Part shown: positions 38,170 to 48,297 of the stretch, piece by piece
Layout: every line of letters begins with the position of its first letter
How positions within the stretch are numbered: the stretch's first letter is position 1
NCBI GenBank assembly: GCA_028286615.1
Contig: JAQBRG010000003.1
Location: forward strand, 13,125 to 77,124
DNA from: Parcubacteria group bacterium
Lineage (GTDB): Bacteria; Patescibacteriota; Minisyncoccia; Phycocordibacterales; Phycocordibacteraceae
DNA: 64,000 nt
Reading direction: 5' to 3'
Translations under genes and position numbers: made by a program
Notes under the pieces: model-generated
Databases searched by the model: none
The model's input: the letters and a program-made list of their open reading frames with translations, nothing else
Told to the model about the DNA's origin: nothing

Positions 38170-38955
38170 CTATTTCTTAGCAGCTTTGTGAAGGGCTTGT
38201 AGCTTTTTGCCTGCAGCTTCGCGGTACGGGCAGAACTCGCAGCCTTTGCCTATTTCGGGAATGGCGTCTGAATCAAGAGCCGTTTTAATCTTTGGAAGAA
38301 TGTCATCTATCCAGTCAGTATTTCCTTCGCATTCAACGACTGTTACTTCAAAGTCGAGCTTCCCATCAAATGCTTCGTTCTCAGTACTTGCGTTAGCGTA
38401 TACAAAGTATCCCTTAGGAGAAACCGTAAACCCATTATTACGAAGCAACCATTGGTACACGCCCATCTGGCGCTTGTACTGCTCGTTCCAAGAGGAGTCG
38501 TCGAGCGTCTTTATGGTTCCGGGCTTTGAAGTTGATTTGTAATCTACAACCATAAGCTCGCCAGCGGGATTAACCCAAATGTCGTCAACGGCTCCTGAGA
38601 TAGTGAAGCCAGTTGGCTCGTGCTTGTACTCAACTCCCTCAAAGTTTTCCCGCCACGTATCCATCTTCTTATGCTGAAACGGCACCGCATCAATTCCATA
38701 TGCATCCATAAGCGGGTGCGCTGAACCAGCTGCACGATGTACATCAAATTCTTTCTTGAAGAGCGCATCAACGGCAATGTTGAGTGTAAAGGCAGGACCT
38801 CGAGGACGTGCGGTACCAAGCTTGTTATCTAAATAGAAACAACGAGGACATTCGTTGTAGAGCTCTATTTTTGAACGTGATAGACGCCACTTGGGTCCTC
38901 CGTAGTTCCAGTCTGGGCTGCGGTTAGGATTGTACTGCTTCTTAAAGTCGCTCAT
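38170..38955 (-). CDS. Cas4/RecB-like PD-(D/E)XK nuclease with an Fe-S cluster Cys ligand set (stand-alone; start trimmed to MSDFKKQ)
   Basis: An N-terminal Cys (ECPRCFY) and a C-terminal C..CxxC set (VECEGN...GCEFCPY) are present. The nuclease core is VVDYKS. No CRISPR array is nearby. Confidence 0.6.
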   Translation of the reverse strand: MSDFKKQYNPNRSPDWNYGGPKWRLSRSKIELYNECPRCFYLDNKLGTARPRGPAFTLNIAVDALFKKEFDVHRAAGSAHPLMDAYGIDAVPFQHKKMDTWRENFEGVEYKHEPTGFTISGAVDDIWVNPAGELMVVDYKSTSKPGTIKTLDDSSWNEQYKRQMGVYQWLLRNNGFTVSPKGYFVYANASTENEAFDGKLDFEVTVVECEGNTDWIDDILPKIKTALDSDAIPEIGKGCEFCPYREAAGKKLQALHKAAKK

Positions 38956-38971
38956 GCCCTTAGTATCTCGC

Positions 38972-39811
38972 TTATGCTGCTTTCTCGCAAAGCGTGGTTG
39001 CCTCAGCCAAAATACCGCCAACGCGCTCAGGAGTTATGCCAAGAGCCCTAAGAGCTTCTCGGTGCTCACGAATTTGTTGGCAGGTTACAAGTCCCTGATC
39101 TATGAGAAGACGCTTCTCAGATTTCTTGAGAAGCGTGAGAGCAGTTACTGGGTACAGACCACTTGCTACGATACGGTCATACAGACTGCCGTGATGTGGG
39201 TAGCTCCATCCAAGAAGATTAATGCCGGAGCAGGTAGCAAAATCTATCGCGTCACGAGTGAACTTGGTGTTTGTAATAAGAAAGCCGTGGTCAACACGTT
39301 TTGTTTCGACAGTCTCATTTGGCTTACACGCCCAAATATCATCAAGGCGAGCCTTCACGTACAAGGCAACCTTCACATCGGTCTTATAGCCTGGGTCATT
39401 ATGGTACTTGAGTTCCCCTGCTAGATACTCCCCGTTACGAGTCGCATATATATCAACCTCATGCGTTACGCATTTGCCTTGGATAATCTGCCGGTCTTTC
39501 ACGTCCCAACCTTCTGAACGAAAGAGCTCTGCAACAAAGTCTTCAAAAGGATGACCTGAGGGACCGAATTCAAAGAGCGCGCGACGAAGACTGTAGCGAG
39601 CTGCTGAAGGGCGGCTGTCACGTCGTAGCATTTGAAACGCACGCTTGTAGATATCGGTAGATTGCGCAGAATTTCCTAGAGAGGCTTCAATGGTTATGCG
39701 AATTCTGTTTGCGCTTCGTTCACTTGCGCCTGCTCGCACTAAGGAGTGTTCAAGCTTCGCTCCGTCAAAGATTTCAACCGACCCGTCTGTCTTAATAATC
39801 TCCTGATTCAT
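38972..39811 (-). CDS. ATP-cone domain fused to an Mrr-like restriction endonuclease (PD-(D/E)XK) domain
   Basis: N-terminal IIKTDGSVEIFDGAKLEHSLVRAGA is an ATP-cone. HEVDIY...AGELKYH matches a D-x(n)-ExK nuclease core. Confidence 0.65.
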   Translation of the reverse strand: MNQEIIKTDGSVEIFDGAKLEHSLVRAGASERSANRIRITIEASLGNSAQSTDIYKRAFQMLRRDSRPSAARYSLRRALFEFGPSGHPFEDFVAELFRSEGWDVKDRQIIQGKCVTHEVDIYATRNGEYLAGELKYHNDPGYKTDVKVALYVKARLDDIWACKPNETVETKRVDHGFLITNTKFTRDAIDFATCSGINLLGWSYPHHGSLYDRIVASGLYPVTALTLLKKSEKRLLIDQGLVTCQQIREHREALRALGITPERVGGILAEATTLCEKAA

Positions 39812-40861
39812 TTAGGAGATAATACCACCCCCGACACACACCTCTCCTTGGTACAGCACAAGAGACTGTCCAGAAGCAACCGATTCTTCAATTGCATTAG
39901 TTGGAATAAATTCCTTTAGGTCTTGAGAAAGGGTACCTGGAACACGGGGGCCGTGATACCGATACTGCGCTTCAAGCGTATCTGTGGAGTCTGAGAGCCA
40001 GTTTGTATCTCTAAGCTGTATAGAGGTTAGTGCATTTCCCTTCTTCTGTTCATGCGAGACCGTTAATACATTGTTCTTCAGATCTTTCTTTGTTACATAC
40101 CAAGGCCCTGCACCTGCTTTCTCAAGCGCTACGCGTTCGCCGAGGGTGTGCAGTACGGCTCCGGTATGCATACCAACTTCTTTCCCGTCTTCTGTAACAG
40201 CTTTTCCAGATTCGCTTCCCAGTTCTTCTTTTAGAAAGTCTTCAACCGATATCGACCCAAGGAAACAAATACCCTGGCTGTCCTTCTTCTCGGCAACTGG
40301 AAGATTGAACTTCTGCGCAAGCACTCGTGTCTCGCTTTTGGGAAGTCCTCCAACAGGGAAAAGTGTCCGAGCAATAACTTCTTTTGGTACAGCCCATAAA
40401 AAATAGCTCTGGTCTTTAGACTCATCAATTCCTCGCAGTAGCTTTCCTTCCCTCTGTTGTGCGTAATGTCCTGTTGCCAAGAAATCTGCATTATTCTTTT
40501 GTGCAAAGCGCCAGAACGCACCGAACTTAACTTCCCTGTTACACATAACGTCGGGATTGGGCGTTCGTCCTGCGGCATATTCTGATAGGAGATAATCTAT
40601 AACACCTTGCTTGTACTCAAGAGATGCATCAAGCGTATAAAAAGGTATCTGTAAGCGTGCTGCAACACGCATGGCGTCTCGTCTATCCGTTGCCCAGGTA
40701 CAGGGCATGCCAGGCGGATACCAGCCCTTTATAAAGACTCCGGTAACATTGGCTCCTGCTTGTTTAAGGAGTGCTGCTGAGACAGCAGAGTCCACACCTC
40801 CTGAAAGGCCAACAAATACTCGCTTTCCACGAATCGCATTCATACCCACTCGGTATACCAC
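39812..40861 (-). CDS. mnmA: tRNA-specific 2-thiouridylase MnmA
   Basis: PP-loop VGLSGGVDSAVSA, catalytic Cys residues, about 350 aa. Confidence 0.9.
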   Translation of the reverse strand: MVYRVGMNAIRGKRVFVGLSGGVDSAVSAALLKQAGANVTGVFIKGWYPPGMPCTWATDRRDAMRVAARLQIPFYTLDASLEYKQGVIDYLLSEYAAGRTPNPDVMCNREVKFGAFWRFAQKNNADFLATGHYAQQREGKLLRGIDESKDQSYFLWAVPKEVIARTLFPVGGLPKSETRVLAQKFNLPVAEKKDSQGICFLGSISVEDFLKEELGSESGKAVTEDGKEVGMHTGAVLHTLGERVALEKAGAGPWYVTKKDLKNNVLTVSHEQKKGNALTSIQLRDTNWLSDSTDTLEAQYRYHGPRVPGTLSQDLKEFIPTNAIEESVASGQSLVLYQGEVCVGGGIIS

Positions 40862-42259
40862 TTAGGTTGGAAGGTTGGTAGGTGCTTCCTTGGTTGCGGA
40901 CGGAATACGAGCAAGCGAAGGAGCCGCAACGCCAGCGCTTGGAATGTGGAAGAGTGTCGCAAGCTCTTCAGCATTTAGCATGAAATATGGAAGTACATAG
41001 GGCACGTGGAAGTGCGAGCGGCGTCGGAACGCATCAACTAATTGGTGCTGCAGGTGAGCACGGTGATGTCCCTTTTTATCCTCCCACGGATAATCTCCGA
41101 AAATGGAGTCCCAACGAGCAGTCTTAAAGCCATTGAAGCCCTCCATATTTCTCCATAGACCAATGAGCTGGCTAACCATAGTTCCCTGGAAAGAGCCCTC
41201 GGGAGCCGTGTAGATAGATCGGATAGCCACATCAAATATGGGCCTGTATACCTTGTTTTCAATAGCCGCAATACCTTCAATCTGCCCTTTAGTTGGATTA
41301 GGAAATCCCTCCGTCTCTATAACCTTGCCGGTTAGGGGGTCCGTATACGTGCTTTTCTTAACTGCGCCTTGTCGAATGCTATCAATTATTTCTCCCGCCT
41401 CGCTTTCAATAGTGTACTTCTTTCCGTCAGATGTCTTTCGTCCCGCATATTTCTCGTTTTTGCTCAATCTGAAAAGTATCTGCACCCAGAACTGTTCTTT
41501 AGGTCCGATGCCTCCGAGTGTTTCGATGATTTGTGAGAGAGAGTCAATTTGTTCTTCCGGCTTAGACAGCGGAGCGTCAGGCTTCATGAAAGAAGGGTAC
41601 GTTTTAATCGGCTTGGCATCCTCGCTTCTTAGTATGTGTTCGCAGCCCCACATCTGCATAGGAGCGTGTGTTGGGTCTGTCATGAGTGTGTAATCTATAG
41701 CCTCTATAACTTCGAGTTCCGGGTACTGCGCGTAGAGCGCGCTCTCAACAGCACGACGGTATCCTTCACGAGTCCATATATAGAAGTGCACTCTCCCTCC
41801 AAGAGAAACAATTTCCAAAGACCACCACGGTCTCACCTGTCCCTGTACCAATCTCTTGTACCAAGTTGATTCTCCGGGGCCTATATGGAGATTAGTAAAG
41901 AAGGTCTCCATGGCTAGTGGCGACTTGCGTACATCTCGCGGTATACGTAGTTCAAGCAATACATTCTTCTGCTTCGCTATATAGCCCAACCGGTTAGTAT
42001 CAACCCATCGTTCCCACGCGAAGGTTACAAGGATAAGAGGCATCCATATAGGGGCCAGGAAGAAGGCTAGCTCAAAGTTCCTAATTGATTGGGCAGGAGA
42101 GATGAAAAAGAAGATCAGAATAAGTATCGGAAAGGCTATAAGAAATGGTTTGGCTGAGAAAGCTACACCCTGTTCATGGGCACCATGGAAAAAGCCATCG
42201 ATCTTATCGAAGAATGGAAGTGGTGAGCTGGGGCCGTGGCCTCCTCCTGACATACTCAA
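40862..42259 (-). CDS. hypothetical membrane-anchored protein (2 N-terminal TM helices, large soluble domain)
   Basis: ORF plus hydropathy only. Confidence 0.45.
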   Translation of the reverse strand: MSMSGGGHGPSSPLPFFDKIDGFFHGAHEQGVAFSAKPFLIAFPILILIFFFISPAQSIRNFELAFFLAPIWMPLILVTFAWERWVDTNRLGYIAKQKNVLLELRIPRDVRKSPLAMETFFTNLHIGPGESTWYKRLVQGQVRPWWSLEIVSLGGRVHFYIWTREGYRRAVESALYAQYPELEVIEAIDYTLMTDPTHAPMQMWGCEHILRSEDAKPIKTYPSFMKPDAPLSKPEEQIDSLSQIIETLGGIGPKEQFWVQILFRLSKNEKYAGRKTSDGKKYTIESEAGEIIDSIRQGAVKKSTYTDPLTGKVIETEGFPNPTKGQIEGIAAIENKVYRPIFDVAIRSIYTAPEGSFQGTMVSQLIGLWRNMEGFNGFKTARWDSIFGDYPWEDKKGHHRAHLQHQLVDAFRRRSHFHVPYVLPYFMLNAEELATLFHIPSAGVAAPSLARIPSATKEAPTNLPT

Positions 42260-42320
42260 AGTATAGCAATAGAAAAGAAGAAGACCCGCGTGTAGCGGGT
42301 CTTCTTCTGTGTACTTCGTA

Positions 42321-43427
42321 TTAAACGGGGGTGTAGGTTCCGTCCTTCATTCGCTTAAAGTAGCGAGGGTCGTTAAGGTTCACGAGAATGGTGTTGTCCT
42401 TCACGTAGCGAACCTTCTTAACCTGCTCAATAACATCTTCGCGGGTAAGAGGCTTAGCCTTAAGTACGTTCTTGATAACGTCACGAACAACGCCAGGCTG
42501 GTATCCCCATTCCGCAAGAGCGTAGAGACCGCGTCCAACGAGTACGAAACGAGAGTCCTTGATGAGCTCGTTATGCGTAGTTGCAACGTGTGCCTTCTTT
42601 GAGAACATGGTGCCGATAGCCTTAGCCACGTCAACGAAGTGCATAGGCTCTCCCTTCTGCTTAATAACGAGGTATGCGTAGTCACGGATACCCTTGGTAC
42701 GGATAGCAGGAGAATGTGCACGTCCCCACTCAGAAAGAGGGTTGCTTGAGATGGTCTTTGAAATTGAAAGCCAACGCTTAAGAATCTCTTCGTTCTGATA
42801 TGCAGAGTTAACGGTCTTAAGCTCGTCGAGGAAACGGTTGATTATGTCTCCCTCTGAAAGCACCTCAGCGTCATCAAGAGAGTGGTAGAGACGTGTAAGG
42901 GCGGTATGCACTGCTTCAGCAGTCTTGTGATCCACGTGCCAACGAGCATAGAAGTCGTCAGTCTCGCGCTCACGGAAGAATGCGCTTCCAACAACGAGAA
43001 GGAAACGGAAACGGTTGCGAGCCTTCTCATCAACAGCAAGTCCGGCTAGAAGCGTGTCTTCTGGAATAACTGCACCGAGAGATTCAACATAGGTACGAAG
43101 TTCGTCAAAAGCTCCCTGTGACTCTTTGAATGCCTTTCCGTTACGGACAGCATCAATGCCAGCAGCCTCGATCTGGCGAACACGCTCACGCGTGATGCTC
43201 CAACGCTCGCCGATAGCCTCAAGAGTTTCGCGAGTAGCGCTAGTGCCTAGGCCGAAGCGGAAGACAAGAACCTCGCGAGCACGCTCAGGTACGTCAGAAA
43301 GAAGCTTCTTAACGAGAGCAGTGTTATCGAAAGAAAGCTTCACTGAAACCACCTTCTTTGTAGGCATTTTCTTTGAACGTGTAGGTGCTGCTTTCTTGGC
43401 AGCTTTGGCGGTCTTTTTCTGTACCAT
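42321..43427 (-). CDS. DNA-binding protein with a sigma-70 region-4-like HTH and a C-terminal HARE-HTH-like domain
   Basis: A Lys-rich N-terminus is followed by VLVFRFGL..ETLEAIGERWSITRERVRQIEA (sigma r4). The C-terminal FVLVGRGLYALAEW resembles HARE-HTH. Confidence 0.5.
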   Translation of the reverse strand: MVQKKTAKAAKKAAPTRSKKMPTKKVVSVKLSFDNTALVKKLLSDVPERAREVLVFRFGLGTSATRETLEAIGERWSITRERVRQIEAAGIDAVRNGKAFKESQGAFDELRTYVESLGAVIPEDTLLAGLAVDEKARNRFRFLLVVGSAFFRERETDDFYARWHVDHKTAEAVHTALTRLYHSLDDAEVLSEGDIINRFLDELKTVNSAYQNEEILKRWLSISKTISSNPLSEWGRAHSPAIRTKGIRDYAYLVIKQKGEPMHFVDVAKAIGTMFSKKAHVATTHNELIKDSRFVLVGRGLYALAEWGYQPGVVRDVIKNVLKAKPLTREDVIEQVKKVRYVKDNTILVNLNDPRYFKRMKDGTYTPV

Positions 43428-43487
43428 AAATGTTGTTAAATAAGTGTGGTATTGTTATACCAAATCCTGGTAAATGAGTCAAATGTT

Positions 43488-46343
43488 CTAATTTAAGCCC
43501 GTAACTACAAGGTTTAATGTACGGCCTGGTACGTATATAACCCTCGAAAGAGTCCCTTCATGAAGCATTTTCTCAACCGAAGGGAGTACGCTCGCGGACG
43601 CCAAAGCATCTTCTTCGCTAGCTTCTCGAGCAACTACAATCTCCCCTTTTCGTTTCCCATTTACTTGTACTGATACTGTCACCTCACTCTCTTCTATAAC
43701 CAGAGATTCTGGCCACATCTGAGCATGCACGCTACCCTCTCCCCCCACCTTTTCATATAGGTGCTCAGCAAGGTGCGGCGCGAACGGAGCGAGCATACGC
43801 AAGAGGTCAAGATACGCAGCACGAGGCACTGGCTTCACTGCTTCCATTTCTCGAACCAAGACCATGAGTGCAGATACGGCTGTATTAAGTTTGAACCGTT
43901 CCGTATCAGCTCCGGCTTTTTGTCCGGCTTGTGCAACATGCTTGGCAAGTTCTGGAGACACATCTACATCTTCAACTTTCTCAGAAAGTATATTTACACG
44001 ATCGAGGAAGCGGCGCATACCCTCAACTCCATCCAGATTCCATGGATAGCTGCCTGCTTCGTTATACGGACCGATAAAAGCGAGATACATGCGTACAGCA
44101 TCAGCTCCGTATTTAGTAACAAACTCGTCTGGATTAACTGTATTGCCTTTGGACTTCGACATTTTCTGTCCGTCTGGACCAAGAATTATGCCGCGATTAA
44201 AACGTTCAGCAAAAGGTTCTGGAGTTGGAACGAGCGCAAGATCGTAGAGTGCCTTATGGAAGAAGCGAGAGTATAGAAGGTGCATGGTTGTGTGTTCGCT
44301 TCCTCCTGAGTACCGGTTAATAGGTAGCCACTTCTTAAGCATGGACTGGTCTGAGAAGTCGTGACTATCTTCAGGATCTAGGTAGCGCAAGAAGTACCAA
44401 GAAGAATCAACGAAGGTATCGAGTGTGTCGTATTCAGGAGTCCATCCCTCTCCGAAGATGCGTGTTACGCGATCTTTAAGCTCCTGCGAAGAAGTAAGAG
44501 GCGAGCTCCCGTTAGGTTTGAAACCTACATCCGTAGGCAAGAGCCATGGAAGATGTTCTTGGGGAATAGCATGAGGAGTGCCTTCTGGATCGTACACGAT
44601 TGGCATCGGGCAGCCCCAATACCGCTGGCGAGAAACGAGCCAGTCTCTGATACGGAAGTTAGTTACCCTCTCTCCGTTAACTGCTTCGACAATATCCCAC
44701 ATGGCTTCTTCGTTATTTCTCCCTGAGAAATCTCCAGAGTTAACAAGGGTGCCATTGCCGGTATACGCGGCTTCTTTGCCTGACAGACGCTCAATAATGG
44801 TGTCCATCTCGGCATGTGAGAATCTCTCGCGGGTAAGATCTTCTTTCTTAACCCATAGAGTTGTGTGCTGTGCTGCCTCCTCTGTAGCAACTTCCTTTCT
44901 TGCGTCACTCTTTAATTCAAAAAGAATGGTTGCTGCTTCAGTTATGCGGTTTACATCTTTATGCGACGCAAAGAAAAGAGCCTCGGTTGGTCCTCCAAGC
45001 GTGCGTACGTAGGTGAGATCTGAATACCCTGTTTCTTCAAGAATTTCCCTTCGTGCTGCTTCAACTAGATCCTCTCCGTCTTCAACTCCGCCGGTTATAA
45101 AAGTTGTCCAGCCCTGCTTTGGCCACTCAAGAGCGAGGTATTCATCTGTAGCAGAGTTGTGCACAATACCGATTATTATCTTTCGCTTTACCAATTCTTT
45201 CCCTTCAATGTGCGGATTATTCTCATCTGTAAAACTTGGTATGACCACATGCTGTATCGTGAGTCCGTACTTTCGAGCAAAGGCGAAGTCCCTCTCGTCA
45301 TGCGCTGGTACTGCCATAACAGACCCTGTTCCATACGAAGCGAGTACATAATCTGCAGCGAATACTGGAATGAGTTCTTGGTTGGCTGGATTAACTGCCA
45401 TAACACCTTCAAGCTTCACACCGGTCTTCTCTTTGTTCTCAAGTCGCTCTCGCTCAGTCTTCTTGCTGGTGTTGTCTACGTATTCAGAAACTTTCTTTGT
45501 GTTTGTAACAGGAAGCTTAGCAACGAGAGGGTGTTCAGGAGCAAGCACTACATATGTAGCACCATATATAGTGTCAGGTCGGGTTGTAAATACTTCTATC
45601 GTTTCTTCAAGTTGAGTGCCGTCAGCTGTTTGAAGTGCAAAGGTAAGCTTCGCTCCTTCGGACTCTCCAATCCAGGCTCTTTGCGCTTCCTTTATATCTT
45701 CACGCCAAGGAAGCGGTTCAAGGTCTTCAAGAAGGCGTTTCGCATACTGTGTTATCTTCAAAAACCATTGTGTAAGAAGCTTCTCTTCGACTTCTGTGCC
45801 GCAGCGCTCACACCTCCCATCGTTCACCTGCTCGTTCGCTAGTACGGTTTGATCTTTCGGACACCATTTAACCGCAGCTTCTCGGTGTTCTGCGAGTCCT
45901 TGCTCAAAGAGTTTCGTGAACAGCCATTGCGTCCACTGGTAATACGAAGGCTCGCAGGTAACAACCTCTTTGCTCCAATCAAACGAGGCACCTATGCTTT
46001 TCAACTGGGTACGCATCTGTTCCATGTTCTTGTACGTCCATTCCCTTGGACTAAGACCGTGCTTAATTGCCGCGTTCTCCGCAGGAAGACCGAACGCATC
46101 GAATCCAATCGGAAAGAGTACGTTCTTCCCCTTCATGCGCATGTAACGCGCAAAGATATCGGTTATGCCGAACGCGTACCAGTGTCCGATATGTAGATCT
46201 CCAGAAGGATACGGGAACTCAATAAGGAGATAGTACGGATCCTTTTCAGTGTCTGACAGGTCAGTAGTGTAAAGATCGAGCTCTGCCCACTTCTGCTGGG
46301 CAGCCTGCTCAATTGCTTTATGTTCGTACCGCTCTTTAGCCAT
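43488..46343 (-). CDS. leuS: leucyl-tRNA synthetase carrying an inserted NUDIX-hydrolase-box domain between the editing domain and the catalytic-core resumption
   Basis: HIGH (DLHIGH), KMSKS and AVPAHDERDFAFA (editing) are present. Between that and VNSGDFSG...RIRDWLVSRQRYWG lie about 170 extra aa. These contain a perfect NUDIX box: GGVEDGEDLVEAARREILEETGY (Gx5Ex7REUxEExGU). Confidence 0.9.
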   Translation of the reverse strand: MAKERYEHKAIEQAAQQKWAELDLYTTDLSDTEKDPYYLLIEFPYPSGDLHIGHWYAFGITDIFARYMRMKGKNVLFPIGFDAFGLPAENAAIKHGLSPREWTYKNMEQMRTQLKSIGASFDWSKEVVTCEPSYYQWTQWLFTKLFEQGLAEHREAAVKWCPKDQTVLANEQVNDGRCERCGTEVEEKLLTQWFLKITQYAKRLLEDLEPLPWREDIKEAQRAWIGESEGAKLTFALQTADGTQLEETIEVFTTRPDTIYGATYVVLAPEHPLVAKLPVTNTKKVSEYVDNTSKKTERERLENKEKTGVKLEGVMAVNPANQELIPVFAADYVLASYGTGSVMAVPAHDERDFAFARKYGLTIQHVVIPSFTDENNPHIEGKELVKRKIIIGIVHNSATDEYLALEWPKQGWTTFITGGVEDGEDLVEAARREILEETGYSDLTYVRTLGGPTEALFFASHKDVNRITEAATILFELKSDARKEVATEEAAQHTTLWVKKEDLTRERFSHAEMDTIIERLSGKEAAYTGNGTLVNSGDFSGRNNEEAMWDIVEAVNGERVTNFRIRDWLVSRQRYWGCPMPIVYDPEGTPHAIPQEHLPWLLPTDVGFKPNGSSPLTSSQELKDRVTRIFGEGWTPEYDTLDTFVDSSWYFLRYLDPEDSHDFSDQSMLKKWLPINRYSGGSEHTTMHLLYSRFFHKALYDLALVPTPEPFAERFNRGIILGPDGQKMSKSKGNTVNPDEFVTKYGADAVRMYLAFIGPYNEAGSYPWNLDGVEGMRRFLDRVNILSEKVEDVDVSPELAKHVAQAGQKAGADTERFKLNTAVSALMVLVREMEAVKPVPRAAYLDLLRMLAPFAPHLAEHLYEKVGGEGSVHAQMWPESLVIEESEVTVSVQVNGKRKGEIVVAREASEEDALASASVLPSVEKMLHEGTLSRVIYVPGRTLNLVVTGLN

Positions 46344-46357
46344 ACAGGTATGTACGA

Positions 46358-47335
46358 CTAGAGTGGCTTAGGGTACGCCGGGTAGCGTTCTGGATCGATA
46401 GTGCGAGTAAAGCACTTCTCACCACTTTCATGCTGCCAGTTTTCATCCACACCTCCTATACCGGTTGTGTAGGCAACATCTCGTCCATAAGCTCCCTGGC
46501 CTGCAGTGTCCTTCGTGGGCATGTTAAAGGTTGCGCAGAGACTGAAGGTAGTTGGACCTGTTACTTCATATCGATACGAAGTACCAGATTGAGGGTCGTT
46601 TGGAATGCTGTTTCCTGAGAGAGGGTCAGCAAGTTCGCCCAGAGTCTTCGGAAGAGCTTGTTTCTGCTGCCAGTAATTAACTACCTGGTACTGGATGTTC
46701 TGAAGGTCGCCAACCTTTTGCTCGTCATATCGGAGCGCTCGCATGTCTGTTGGAGTGCCGATGATAAAGAATCCACAGACAATTGAAACAATGGCGAGAA
46801 CGATAACACCCACACCTACGGCATTAGCCCTCTTCCCGTTCTCAATCCAATACCCCTTCATGTCAGCTAGGAAGTGCATGAACACGCCAAGAGCAACAAG
46901 AAGTACTACAGCAACCTTAAGACCAAAGCGTATGGTTATCTCTCCTCCAAGGAAGGTGTTAATGAGTGTAACGAGATCTATAAGGATAGATACCGTAGCA
47001 ATGAAAAGCGTAAGACCGAGTGCCCAACGGCGTATCCAGATATTTGCCTTGCCTGGCTCCTTGTTAATTGAGAGACGGATGAGGTGAAGAAGCACAACCA
47101 TAGTTGGCACAAGCACGATAAGTGCTGCCATAGCGAAACGTACTGAACCTCCATACGGATCTCCGTATGATGCAAGGTTGTCTGGGAACGCGTAATTAAT
47201 GTACTCAAATAAAAGAGTGATAAGGGAGGTAATGCTGCCGTAAAGAGCGATGAGTGCCCCGGCCCAGAGGAAGAAATCTTTAGGAGTAGTGCGAGACGAG
47301 TGCGATACAGGTGCAGCAGCGGGTGTGTTTTCCAT
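46358..47335 (-). CDS. polytopic membrane protein, unknown function
   Basis: Seven or eight hydrophobic helices plus a C-terminal soluble domain. Confidence 0.45.
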   Translation of the reverse strand: MENTPAAAPVSHSSRTTPKDFFLWAGALIALYGSITSLITLLFEYINYAFPDNLASYGDPYGGSVRFAMAALIVLVPTMVVLLHLIRLSINKEPGKANIWIRRWALGLTLFIATVSILIDLVTLINTFLGGEITIRFGLKVAVVLLVALGVFMHFLADMKGYWIENGKRANAVGVGVIVLAIVSIVCGFFIIGTPTDMRALRYDEQKVGDLQNIQYQVVNYWQQKQALPKTLGELADPLSGNSIPNDPQSGTSYRYEVTGPTTFSLCATFNMPTKDTAGQGAYGRDVAYTTGIGGVDENWQHESGEKCFTRTIDPERYPAYPKPL

Positions 47336-47369
47336 ATCGCCGGATTATACCACAAAATAAGAGTGTGGT

Positions 47370-47858
47370 ATGTTCCTTACAGATGAAAGGGGGCCTATAA
47401 TGCTTGGCCGGATTCTAATTGAAAACAAGGACGGTACTCGCTGGATATACGTGCCTGAGGCACACATCCAGTTCTGGGTACCTGCCGGAGGCAGACTTGG
47501 TCTTATTCTATGTGCGTTCAGAACCGACGGGTACCACCGCAACAACGGAAACCCGATCCCGGTAACTCAATGGCTTGAGGAGAATTGCCAGTTCACCACA
47601 AAAGTTGATGTGCCCGACGACATTGTTGAGTTCGCCGTACAAAGTGAGCGAGAACGTCATGAGTCGGTTGAGGGTATCGAGGAATTGTTCCTAGATATGA
47701 TCGATCGCAAGGTTGAACGCCCTTCGCACAAAGACCTTAAGACGCTACTCGAGGTACTTGGAGAAAATACTTCAGACCAAGAGGAGCTTGACCGTATTGA
47801 GTTTGAAATAGCCAAGAGAGCGAAGGCTCTGCTAACTGACAACAGGGGTCTGCAATGA
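47370..47858 (+). CDS. hypothetical protein
   Basis: ORF only, with an acidic C-terminus. A hairpin lies downstream at 47893..47925. Confidence 0.35.
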   Translation: MFLTDERGPIMLGRILIENKDGTRWIYVPEAHIQFWVPAGGRLGLILCAFRTDGYHRNNGNPIPVTQWLEENCQFTTKVDVPDDIVEFAVQSERERHESVEGIEELFLDMIDRKVERPSHKDLKTLLEVLGENTSDQEELDRIEFEIAKRAKALLTDNRGLQ

Positions 47859-47929
47859 CTCCTGTTTTGTTCAAATACCATACTGAAACAGCCTGGGCCA
47901 CGACGGAAAAACCTGTCGTGGCCCAAATT

Positions 47930-48265
47930 TTATGCGTGTCCCTGTGAAGGAACGACGCTAAGATATAAAGTTTCTGCAATTTTTGAAGCCTCCTTTATCT
48001 GCTTGCGTGTCATCCCTTTGAGATTGGGTAGGAACACGTAAGAATCTAAATGCGCATAAAAACTCAATGAGTGGTTCTCGATGATGCCTGGCGTGCTTGC
48101 GTATCCATTCTCAACTGCAGCACAGGCTCGATGAAACCTTGTCTGAGCTTCCTTTTCAGTTTCCCCCACAATCATCGAGCCGGGTAACAAAGTTTCGTCA
48201 TGCGCGTAGAACAGGCCATAAGCGCCATGCTCTATTTTCATTTCTAACTCCTGTACAACCTGCAA
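47930..48265 (-). CDS. hypothetical protein
   Basis: ORF only. Confidence 0.3.
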   Translation of the reverse strand: MQVVQELEMKIEHGAYGLFYAHDETLLPGSMIVGETEKEAQTRFHRACAAVENGYASTPGIIENHSLSFYAHLDSYVFLPNLKGMTRKQIKEASKIAETLYLSVVPSQGHA

Positions 48266-48297
48266 TAAGGCTATCAGAGGAGTAGAGTCCGGGCAAT

